Source: Antedon mediterranea (taxonomy: Eukaryota > Animalia > Echinodermata). From it: a stretch of 64,000 nt of DNA. The translations under genes and the position numbers were made by a program. This document shows positions 11,801 through 24,800 of the stretch, piece after piece (within the stretch, counting starts at the first letter, position 1; each line of letters starts with the position of its first letter). Location: contig NC_092677.1 in NCBI RefSeq assembly GCF_964355755.1, positions 22,741,175-22,805,174 on the forward strand, given 5' to 3'. Under the pieces are notes generated by a model. That model did not search any database. It was not told where the DNA came from and saw only the letters and a program-made list of their open reading frames with translations.

Positions 11801-14800
11801 AATTTCTTACTATTTACTAATAAGGTTTTATTTAAACTGAAGTAACAAATAAAGCACACCTACCGAAAGATTGTCGCTACTCAAACCAGTTGTTAACTAT
11901 ATACATATCCCAGTATGATAACCACGACCGCGTGTCTGGTGGTCCAATATTGTATGATTGTATGAACAAATACATACAATTCCGTTCCATAGGAAATTGG
12001 AGCAAGGCCTATGATACTGGTCCAGGTATGCGCCAAGATATCTTAACTAAACAAATAAATCAATTTAAGACATTTTGCTTCCTAAAATTCAGATGTCCAA
12101 TCAAATTGCAGTTATTGTTACGCGTCGGTGATTTGAATCTGAAAGGAGAAGTCCAGCTTTAACTATTGATCACTAGAGGATACACTTGCTATCACCAGGC
12201 TTACTGTTGATAGCCCGGCTTGGTGATGAGTAACAAGACTTTATGTTAAGATAGCCAATATTGAATACCGTGTAAAGAAAATACTAGTAAAGAAAATAAA
12301 GTTATCCAACGCTATATATCATTTTGATTATAAGGTTTACAAATACGTAATACAACACCTATGCCAAGAATGTATAAACATAACTAGTGTTTGAAATGTT
12401 AAAAATTAACTTATTTTGGCAAAGTTCGACAAAAGGGCAAGGCTCCTCGGAAAGTTATAGTACAATATGTTACATATCAAAATATTTTGTAAGAAACTTA
12501 TCAAGCCATAAACCAGTCATACATGAATGCATTTTGATGTGTAATCTCGTTTTCAACTCAATTTGTTTTTGCCGCTAAGGTTTTTTTGGAATCCACTTTG
12601 TTCATATCGAAATTCATATATTCGAGTTTTTCACGGACGACTCCTATTTTGTGAAAGAGCGTCGATGTTACTTCGTTAACATTTTTAGCAATTAATTGAC
12701 TCAGCCACAATAATTACACTCAGTAATCAGTGTTGTGTCGATTGAGTATTATTGGTTCATTAAAATCAAATTGAGAAAAAAGGGTAAAATTCATTTAAAA
12801 AAAATGCCTAGTAGGCCTAAAATATTCAAATAAATCTAGTTTCCTCTCATATTTACTATGCTTACAAACGTTCCGATTGTAGACCTTACTTTATATTGAG
12901 TCTGATCCACATCGAACTATGTTTGAAAGTGAAACTCATCACACCCATGTTACAAAATAACTTTCAGAAAAAAATAGATTGTTATAAGTAGGCCTAATGT
13001 TTTTTTTGTAAATTATGATGACTACACTATTTTCTAAACTATATGCCTGATATCGGTGAACGATACGGGATTAATGTGTGTGCGTTTATATTCGAGGGGG
13101 AGTTTCTTCCAAAAAGTCTAATATCTAAATCCATGTAGGCGTGGCGCGTTGTGAACGGTAATGGACACTGTATTTTGTGTGCCCCAGATTATTATATTTT
13201 ACCGCCTTCCGTACTGGTTGTTGTTTCATGATTTAATTACATGTAGGTTACCGGCCTACTGCTCAAATACAATTTGATATTTACTTATTTTTCTATATCT
13301 CAGACAGGTTAAAGCTCTACTAATCCTATTGGCGAGAGCTAAAGCACCTCATCCAGACCATAACGAAAGTTCTCGCCGGATTAGCAATTGAACAACAGTT
13401 TAGTCCAGAATTAGAATGACCACTTCAGATTTTCCCAAAAGGTCTACATAACAGGCGTTTTACTGATATCAATTTCCGCAATGCTTCCTTTAATAAAATA
13501 TATAACTTATAAATCAAGAACTTAGGTGGTCTATCAGGGGCGTGGGGGTAGGCCTACTGTTTTATGTTTCTCTTTAAAAATGTAGTCTTCGCGTACTGTA
13601 GGACTCAGTCTGGTGGTACGGGGAAGGGGGGGGGGGAAGGAGTGTCCAGTAAGAAGGAAGGGTTGCCAATTCTGTAGCGCTTGGCATGAAATTTACGGTG
13701 ATTATTCTTCGACGGTTGACCCATAGAATGACTTTGAATTTGTGATTTCTGTTGGCTTACTGCCTTATTATCAATCGTTTAATTTTCAATTAAAAATACA
13801 GAATTAGTAGTCTAGCGTCACGGTCTAGTACACTCGCTCACTCCCCAAATGTAGACGCCCGTGCCTTCAATAATTAATACAATTTGTTACTAATTATAGA
13901 TAACAAATATAATATGTATACGTTCATAAAGTACAATATAACAGGACAGTATCATATTACATTAATCGTTTAACCATTTTCGATGTGATGTAATCTGGTT
14001 CATTTTTCTGTACTCATGGTCGTAAGTTCGGTAGCATTGATGACTGGGTGGCAGCAGGTTTACACTCACCGTCATTTTTATTACAACCTTAATGAAAACA
14101 CTTTGCGTTGAAAGATATATCCGACACGTACTTTAATTCACGTTTACCTTCAAATGGTAAGCGCCACGTCTTGATAACAATTCAGGGGAGGGAAGGGTTT
14201 GTTTTTATTTGCAAAATGATATCTTTGCGATACTCTCAGTGGCTAGTTTTACTCACGATTTCCAAAAAAAATACTAGTCTTGGAATGTTGCAGAATTTAA
14301 CGATTTCCAAAATATAAAATCGATCTATTTCAGTGACTTTGTCATTCTTTTCGATTATATACGTAGAAAATATTTTTCTTCAGAAAGAAAGAAAACCAGA
14401 GTCCGGTAGTTTAATTTTAACAAGGTAGCGAATTTTCTTTGTTTTTACATAACAAAATACTCTTACTTTACTTTTAAATACACAATAACAATGGTATAGT
14501 ATCTTCTGTTATGTTTTATTCAAAAATGTTGCGGACATTCATTGCCAGAGGACAGTTTATACTTACAGAGTAAACAGATCCGCTATTTACACGGGTTATA
14601 GAACATAATCATAAGGCAGACAGTTTCTACATTGTATTAAATTCACTCGCATGTCATTTGGACAATATAAAGGAATTTTTTTTTACCACAAATTGCAGGA
14701 TATTAGGTTGAAACAACGATGATGTGATTTGTAAACAGTCATGTGACCCTATGGCCTTATTTGCACATGCTGAAAGTATACATTTTTTTAGTACTAAACA

Positions 14801-15806
14801 ACTGAAAATACATAAAACATTGTAAAGTAATAATCTAAAATCCCAAAATAAAAACCATGTCAAACTTAAAAGTTTCAACTTAGTGTTTTGAAAAAAATAT
14901 AAATGACAACATACAACAAGGTTTAATACATATCCAATCACAAAATGTAAAATAAATAAAAATCAAAGAGGATACAGGACGAGTGTTACATCATAACTAA
15001 CTCATTTATACACCCTAAATTCTTAGAAACTTACTACACGGAATATGTTTTATAACACTATATTCCAGGCCTGCTATATCCTACTGATTTTAAATCCTTT
15101 AAAAGCTGGATGTTGTGGTGTCAATTACATTGCAACAATTGGTTTTTCAGTGAGACATTGTTCCTGTGGGTTGCCTTCCTCCTCTCATTATTAAAGCCAT
15201 TAACAAGACAATTTATTGATCAATTTAAAATTACCAACGAATAAAATAATAACACAATGTACATCCTCTTCTCATTACAAATTGTGTGTACAGTACTTGC
15301 CCTTTAGTTAAACAATTCAATTTAATCATTCAATGTATTCTTGTATATTCTATAATTCATATTATTTGTACATTGTAATATTTGTACCAATATGTTACAA
15401 TGGTACTTGTAAATTACACTAACAAAATCAAATATTCACTTGTTGTCAAACACCTGGGTAAAAGCAACATGTATTTCAACCATGAAATATGCATTTAATA
15501 AAAATATTACATGGGTCAATTGTTTGACAAATAAAAAGAAAAAACAAGTTGATATTTTTTGCTTTAAAACAATGATATAGTACTTTAATTCAAATGTTTC
15601 TGAAAAACATCGCTTTTGTTTTGTATAAATACTGTCCAGCTGCAACTTATGATTTCATATATAAAATGAATTTCATTCACAACACCTAGTTATTATTATC
15701 TTTTAGCCATTGACAAAGTACCTTTATTTATCTAGATATCCTGCTGATATGCTTTTCTAAAGTTCTACATCTTACGTCAACATCAATCATGTGCTCTTGG
15801 TTGGTG

Positions 15807-18800
15807 TCATGTGCCGGCTAGTTTAGCTCGTTTCCTAGCGATCGCTTCTTCAACTTCTTTTAGTTGCTTCAGTAACTCTTCTCTGCGTGACTTTGTTCCT
15901 TTCTTGGTGACCGCTGCTTTAGACTGAGCAGGAGCAGCAGCTGGTTTTTCTGATTGTTTTTCTTGGGCTTTTGTCTGAGCTACATTAGCAGCCTTCGTCG
16001 ATGGGTTCGCACTTGACGAGGTGACTTTTGTTTTAGCGGTTGGTACTGATTTTTTAATAACTTCTTTAGTTCCTGAAATGAATTAATCATCATGTAACTG
16101 AGCTGTACAGTACAACATGCAAATAATTGAAGGCAACATAGAAGTATTGTTCTAGTGACAGGGGTATAGCATGTGAGTGATATAATCAAATTCAATTGAG
16201 TATACAGTATATACAGTACTCATTCCTAGCTCATGTGAAAAACTAGATTGCGTGAATATACTATGTCCTTGGCAGTCACCTTGTTAATAGACTAGTAACT
16301 GGTAAACAAACCGAGGTTTATGAAAAGAGCCAGAAATTAGAAGAAAATGCCTATAAAAATAGTAATGGCATGTGATAGAGCACAAGTTTGACAAATCTGT
16401 GACATCTTCTTTGTGCCCTGACATACATAAAAAGAATTCAGTACACTATTTTAAATAGTGTGAAAAGAATTGTAGAGGTTGAAAGTAATTTTAAATAGGC
16501 TAGAGTGAGTCTTTGTTCACCAGCAGACATTCCAGATCTCTGAGGCAAATTATTTAATTTCAATAAATTATAAAATGTGTCAAGTAGGATTGTATTAACT
16601 TGTATCAAATCCCTAACCAAATGTTTCAATTTCACTATTTTGCTCAGTATCTTTGTTAATACTCTCTCCTCCTATGTAATAATTTATTTCAACAACAATT
16701 ACTTCATTTTAAGATCAAAAGCAGAATGTTTTATTTATTATCCATCAGAAACCCTTCACATGAAATATGTATTGTCTCTTTGACTAATTCCAAAAAAATA
16801 ACAAATAAGAGATTTCGAAAAAAAGTGGGTCATTTTGAAGTATCATAATAGTTATTAACTTTCACCAAAAATTAGTAAAAAAAAAAAAATCAGTTAACTG
16901 AAATACAGACAGTTTTTTGTTACAAAAATTACTTTGACTTCCAGTCAAAGTTTTTGATCAAATCAAAACATATCTCATAATGTAACGTGCTTGTTTGGCT
17001 ACTCTGTATGCATAATCATAAAAACTTCCTCGCGATCTGTGTGAGAACACCTTCTCAACCGTGACGAGTTGTAAACAATCCTAATTAGCATCATGCATAA
17101 TGCATACTCATGGTTTGAAATCTTTGTTTACTTTCGCTCGCGACGATTTTCCAGACGAAATGTAATCAAATTAATTTACCTGTTAATTACGTAAACTTGT
17201 TGTTTTTGGCTCAAATTTTCGACTTTGATATGGCCAATTTAAATTTAGAATATTTTGAACTTCATTTTTTTTTGTGTTTCAAGGGACAATACATCTTTAA
17301 GTATGAATGCATTTTACTCTACTGTTTTACTGTATCTTGCTTAGCATTTTGCAAGCCAGACTTTCTTATAAATTTGAATATGTTCTTGCTCAGACAATTA
17401 TCTTTTCTACAGTAAAGTGTTTCATTTTATGATGTCATTTAAAAATTACAATATAGGTAGATTCTGTATTTCACCTATGCTATATTGTATTACTAACAGC
17501 CGAATCTGTCTGTCTAATCTAAATGGCATAAAAACACAATTTAGCTCTATAAACATATAAATAAGGTCATACTGTAGGAAGACTTCAACTTTCCACACAC
17601 TACTTTCGCATGTTATGTTTGCACAGATAGCTTGATTTGACCTAAGTGATAAGTTGAAATCTAGTTGTTTTTAAGTGGTTGACTCATTCAAATAGGCTAG
17701 ACTGATCAAGAACATGAAAGGACAGATTTCCTTGAGTGGATAATCTATCAAAATTTGTATAATAAATGCTAAAGAAACAAAAAACAAACTTTGCTATTGG
17801 TTTCAATGTTGTCTGATGGTGCTACTACTTTATGAAAAATTTAAAATATTTTCATTGTAATAATCTACAAATAATAGTACAGCAGTTATTGTTGCCAAAT
17901 ACAGATTACTTTTACTTGGCTTCATAATAAATATGTGGACAACTTACTTACTCTAGATACTGCCTATCAGTTAAAGTTAGTTTTGCAAAACCTTATAAAC
18001 TGTAAGTACAAGCCAAGCCAATAACATTATCAAGATTAATCTGCATGATTTGTGATTTCCTTTAGGGATATGCCAGACAATAACAGGCATATATTTGCTC
18101 AACTGTACACAACATCTTAGTTTCATAACTTAGCTGTAAACGTTGACAATCGCATCAAAACCAAGTGATTGATTTGGGTACACTGGCTGTAATGTTATGT
18201 ACAAATTGACCAGATTTCCTTGATGCTTAACTAACACATTCCTAAAGGAATAAACTAATTGTGATGACTCACCCTTGTGTTTAGTCGCTGGTGAGGGGGG
18301 CTTAGTCTTCTTTGCAATGGATTGTGTTGATGTCTCCAGGCTCCTCTTTTTGCTTGATGTTTCTGTTGGCTGTCAACACATAAACAAGTTTACTTTTATA
18401 TGAAAGTTTAAATTGTACTAAAATTGACATGAAATAAAAATGATGAGGGACAATTTCCCAAACTAGTTCTTGAAAGTTTCAAATTTTGGAGATTTTTAAT
18501 CATACAATATTTATGACAATACATACCTTTTTCAAAAGTGTTAATTTAATATCCTTATGTGCAGTATACTTCAACGGATCTGACCTATCATGGCTAATGG
18601 CAGCAGAAGACGTTCCACTCGTTTTACTAAAAAAATATCACCATAATAATTTACAAAAATATAAAAGTATAAAAATTGATTCTTGTCCTGTCGTCCTATT
18701 ACATCTTATTTTAATTATATGATACTTAACATGGTACAACATGTATAATAAAATAAATACTCCCTAGATGAGAAAAAAACACGCGAGAAGTGACAAACTA

Positions 18801-21800
18801 TAGCAACAATTGTATCAAATGCTTGGTAAATTGTAAATCATGTCAATCAATGATGTGCTGTTATACAGATATTGACTGCTTAGAGGTTAAATATAAGATT
18901 TGACATCCCGAGGGGATGTCTAATCTTATATTTTACCGATATAAAAGGCGATATCTATACTACATAGCCAACAACAAGTAGAATATCTGCTGGGTCGGGT
19001 AGCTAGGCTAGGCCTAGGGCTAGGCCTCCTTTTTGTATTGTATGTAAACAAGCTGCCCAGACACCTTACCTTTCGAAGAATAATATACAGATAATTAGGC
19101 CTACTAATTAATGGCAATAAAATATTCACTAGCCTAGGTCATTTAAATAATAACAGAAGAATTTCTATCAATAAGCCTACATTAATAATAATAATATTAT
19201 TATCAGGTAGGCCGAATAAATAATAATTTGTCTTCTTCGATGGAGCCGAATCACCGGATGTTCAGTGCGTCGCGCGCGTATCGGTTACTACTGTGAGTAT
19301 TAACCAATCACAAACGGTCTTTCATCACATCTAGGGAGGACTAATAACAAATGAGGGCGCTATGTATGCATAGTTTAAATAGTTTAGTTATTAATTTCTT
19401 CAAGCAAGTTCCGTGGCGCAGCACATGAAGCGTTGTCTTGTGATGGAGTTCAAGACCCAGTGATGACTTTTGTTTATTTATCGGCAAACGCGAGTGTTGC
19501 CACACGAAAATTACAGTCAATATCATCGTACTCGAGAATTTGCTGGATTTTATATGTTTAATGACAGGGGACACGATAATTACGCGAAAATTACTCAGTC
19601 AATATCATCGTACTCGAGGATATATACGATTTACGATCCTCGCAGCGGTAGTCATTCACGTATTTAATTAGGCTATGTAATGTAATATAATATTGTGTAT
19701 ATATTCATGTAGCGGGGAGTTTATTCAAGGAATTAAATAAAGGCCCCAGGGCATTTTTTTTTCAAAATTGGCATTAATTAAACAAACATCGCCTTTTCTT
19801 TATAATTAACCAAGTCAATGAATGAGTGAATGTGGCGCAAGTGTGTGGGATTACTGATCGTGAGATCATGGTTTGAATCCATCTCTTGCCCCATTGCTTG
19901 TATCCTTAGGCAAGACACTTTACTCACATTTGCCTCTCTCCACCCAGGTGTGGGCTTCCTTATGGGAGTATGTTTCCATACATGTTTGATGCCAAAAAAT
20001 GACCTGGGTAATAATGTGCAGCCCATTCACAGCTTGCTTATATGCGCTATGTAAAATGAACTATTATTATTATTATTATCCAGATCAAATTTGTGAAAAG
20101 CTGAAATCTTACAATGGACCAATACAGTGTATACCACAATGATTTTCTAACAGCCTTTTTGATTGTTTGTGAAAGTGAATTTTGTCATTCAAAACATGGA
20201 CATCAATTTGGCGGATGATGTCCTATTACTCTGAGGGTGAGCTACATATTCTGCATTATAAAATGATCATTCTTCCAGTTCATTTGTCTGCCGGAATGGT
20301 GTCCATGGGATTACGAATATCTTGCGCAGTCATCTATCTTTAGTTTCAAAGTTATCTAAATTATTAAAATTGCGAAGCACATACCTTACAGCCGGTTGCT
20401 TTGATTTCTGCAATGATTTATTGGTACTGCTAGTAGCTGGCATGGGTGTAACTTTAGCAGTCTTTTTAGTCGTCGTACTACTCTGGCTGTCTGGTAATGG
20501 TTTAATTGCCTTTGATTTAGGTAATGCTTTTTTGAGTTGGTTTGATACAGGCTTTGCTGCACTCTGTTTCACTGTATCTTTCTGCTTGGACCCACTGGGT
20601 TTAGCTTTCACAATACCTTGCTTGGTCTTAGTTGCAACTGTTGATGATCTCTTGGTTGGTACTACTGATTTTTTAGTTATGGATATTTTAACTGGTTTTA
20701 CTGCAGAAAACAATTACAGTTAGTGAAATCAAGGAAAACACAATTCATTGCTCAAATCTGTTTAGTTGTAAATGTGAGTTTGGAATTAAAATTTCAATTC
20801 ACAATTAAAGCCTGTTTTCCTGTCGACGTTACCGTTGACAATAATCGGCGATCTTCTACGTAAACATTGAAATGTTAACGATTTACAGGAAAAGGTACTC
20901 GCTATCTTTATCATTTCAACTTGATCGTTTTCAAACGATCGTCGTTTAACTGTTAACGATCAACGACGATAGCGTTGAATAACGTCGACAGGAAAACAGG
21001 CTTTAATGACCAATTGGGACCACCATCAAGATCAAGTAATCAATAATAATTAAACATACAGTAGTAGTATTAGGAAGGTTCATGTGGATCATGCTTCCAC
21101 TGATCTCATGATCAAGCTAGTCAACATGTTCAACCTAATCACCCTAAAAATAATCATCTTAAAATAAAATCGTTATTGCATATAGCCATATTGGCCCAGC
21201 TTTCATGCAAACAAGTCACTTCATTAGCATAAATAGATCGTGATATAATTTATATGTGAAAGGTTTCCCTTGATGATGATGTTCACAATTAGCTTTATAC
21301 AGTATTATATTTACTTCAAGAGGAATTAGAAAATATTAGTTATAGACCAAATGCACTGAAGATCCTTCTCACCTTTAGTTGCTTTAGGAATGGGTGTGTC
21401 TGAGATATCTGAACTTGCTGAAGACACCGGGCTTGCAAGATTTGCATACATATGCTCGGAATCTGCACTCACACTTGAGGCACGTGATACAGGCGAACGA
21501 GACCTTGATGAGATGGTGCTATAAGACTGTGAGCGTGACCTCGATCCTGAGAATGACCGTGACCTTGACCTACTCCTGCTACTACTGGAGCGACTACTCC
21601 TGCTGCTACGAGAGCTGGAACTAAGACTACGCTCTTTTGATGGACGTAAATGGTCAGCAATTGGTTGTACTTTTTTAATTTGTTTCTGCATAAAGGAAAA
21701 ATCATTAAATTATATTTTACTACATAAACTTGGGTAGGCATTTCATTTGTTGTTTTTAGACAAGTTAGAAAGAACACGTTCAAACCATTATGTTGATAGT

Positions 21801-24800
21801 GAGATAGGGTAATGTTAAACTTGAAAAGTAACATACAATGCTTGCTACAATACATCTTATATGTACAATAACAGCATACTACTGTACTTTTAATGTATAG
21901 ACAATGCCTTGCGACCAATTATTATAATCATAAAATATCAGTATATAAATGAAATACTAAATGAAATAATAAATATTCATCTGTCACAGATTTGAAGTCA
22001 TAGAAGTGAGAATAACAAGACAAGAGAAATTCATCTTACCTGGAAATGGATAGGGGGTATGGATAACTTCTTAGTTTGAGAACTGGTTTTTAGTTTTAGC
22101 ACTACTGGTTCAACTTTCTTTACTCTGAATAAATGATTTAAATTAAGTACACATCAGAATTTAAAAAGTTCTTTAGATAGACAAATTAGACATCATAATT
22201 ATAATGTGTGTAATCTATACATAATTAGTTCTTTGAATTACTTTTGATTTACTTTTGTACATTTATTGTTGTTTAAGTTTTGTTTTATTCCTTCTGTTTG
22301 GACACAACGTTTGACACACTGATATAAAGGTGTCGTTTTTTCCACACACTTTTGTTGATAGTCAAAAGTATAAAACTTACTGAGTAGGTTTAGTCGCAGG
22401 AGGTTTAGAAGTTTGTGAAACTGAAGGCTTTGTAGAAACTTGGGCTTGGGATTTTGAAGGAACAGACTTTGACTGAGCAGGTCTAGCAGGTAAACCACCA
22501 CTACCTCCTGTGGGAGCTCCACGGTTTGGCTGGTTGCCACGACTTGGCTGATGGCCTCTATTCATCTGACGACCACGAACTGGTACATTGTTATTACTGG
22601 AGGGCCCACTGCGATTCGGTTGTTTAGAACTCTGCCATGCACTAGATCTGCTACGTGGCGATGGCGTCCGACTTCTACTTTTTGAATAAGACCGTGAAGA
22701 ACGGGATCCTGATCGTGAACGTGATGAAAATGATGACGACGATGACCTGGACCGACTTGAGTATGAAGAATATGATGACGAACGCGACCGTGAACTTCTA
22801 AAAGTTGAAAAATATATTATTCATTCATTAACAATATGGAACACAAGCTAAACAATAATAATATTGTCAATAGTGAAAAGGTATCCAGATTGATTTTATT
22901 GATTGAATATTTTATTTCAGAATAAAAATTCCATGTAAAAAAAATAATAATAACGGAAAATCACACTAAAATAGGATTAGTTCATAGTACACCTAACAAG
23001 ATCATTGTCACAATTTACAACCAGTAATTAATTAAACAATATAATTAAACTTACGATGAACTAGTAAATGAGGAATGTGAACTATGTCGTCGACGACCTC
23101 TAGCACCAGCAACCTTCTTTGGTGAGCGTGCTCGTGCCCAAGGGTCATGCCAAGAATCGGCTGTTGAACGATTAACTAATGGAGCCTTTGGCTCTATTTT
23201 GTTTCGCGCATCATTTGAATGTATTTTTTCTTGTCTGCTGTAATTGTCATCTCGTTTTTTGGGAAAAAAATCATAATTGCGTTGTGTTACAGGTTGGCCC
23301 TGACCTCTGCGTACATCTTCTTTGCCAATTCGACCCTATAACAAAGGATTATTGTTAGAGGCAGGTACAGGCATGAATTTTAAATATAATATCTGGTTAA
23401 TTGTACATAAATCAAATATTTGTAATAGAAATCAAGATGAAAAAACATGAATTTCCCTTAAAATGGTCAAATACAAAATTTGGCAAAATTCTGCTATAAA
23501 AACCAGAAAGACTTTTTTTCAGTAGTTAGGTAGTTTTACCTAGTGTAATACCATGTCTGGTGACTCCCTAGAAGGTGAAAAAAGATGGTGGATATTCGGT
23601 GGATATTTTTTGCTATAGCATGAAAATAAAACTCTGAAGTTAAATAAAAATTCTAGAAACATAAAATTCAAGTAAAATTACCTATATTTAGTCATCTGAT
23701 GACATTTTTTACCACACCGTTTATTTTTCATAGTTTTTTAAAAATGGCTGTCTATTTACAACATTTGTGTACAAAAGAATAGAGATTTTACTGAGTAATT
23801 TTAACTATCCCCCACTTATTTTCAACAAGCTCGTGTAACACAAATTAAATCCCAAAAAATGATGAAACATAGGGGAAACTATAGATCGATATTTATTGGG
23901 ATGTATGATCAATAGAAATTGTTTGCCAGCACCTGGCCCTAAATAGCTGCAACTTTGCATTTGATTGGAGTGAATTGTTAATAAACTAACTGCTATTTCC
24001 TATCTAAAAAACAAAAAGTGTGAATTCCTCATTTCAACTAAATTACTAATACATGATTAAGTCAGGAAATGTAATTAAAGTAGATTGTAGCCTACTTTTT
24101 ACAAATTTATGCTGTGTGTTTTGCTCTAGAGAATGGTTTTTGGTACTAGTACAAACAAAACATTACAGATGCCACTGACATTTCAAAGACGATAATAGTG
24201 TTTTATTTCTAAACCTGAGCCTACTATACAATCATTTACAATACACTTACAACATGGATGGTTGCTGCATATTGTTGAGGTAGTGTTGGATCTTTCATGA
24301 CAACTTCTCTTGCTGGAGACTCATCCTCTCCTAAATGATACCTAAAAAACAACAAGTATTGCTAACTGTATAAATGCACTACATAGAACATATTGACTCT
24401 TTTTTTCCCCAAAATGATCGGGATATAAAGTCAGTGATGATTATATATACTATATTCCACCAAAGGGTATATTGTACTGATAAAACTGCCGTCAATGTTT
24501 GTATCATTACATATACCAATGTCTCGCATCATGTGAAGGTTCTCGCAAAGCCGTCATTGTCGGCCCTCTATAAAAATTCCATTGCATGGCGGAAAATGTC
24601 ACTATTTCTATTTTACCCAATCAGATGGCAAAAATTTAAATGTGGCAGACCTTGATTTAAAAGGAGCGCCATGGCGCTGACGCTCCTTGGCGCTCCTGAA
24701 AACGATCAAAGGAGCGCCTAAAATAGCGCTCCCCAACCTGTTACAGTGCGTCATAAAAATATATAGGCCTATAATGATAAGAATATTAACCCCGAATACA

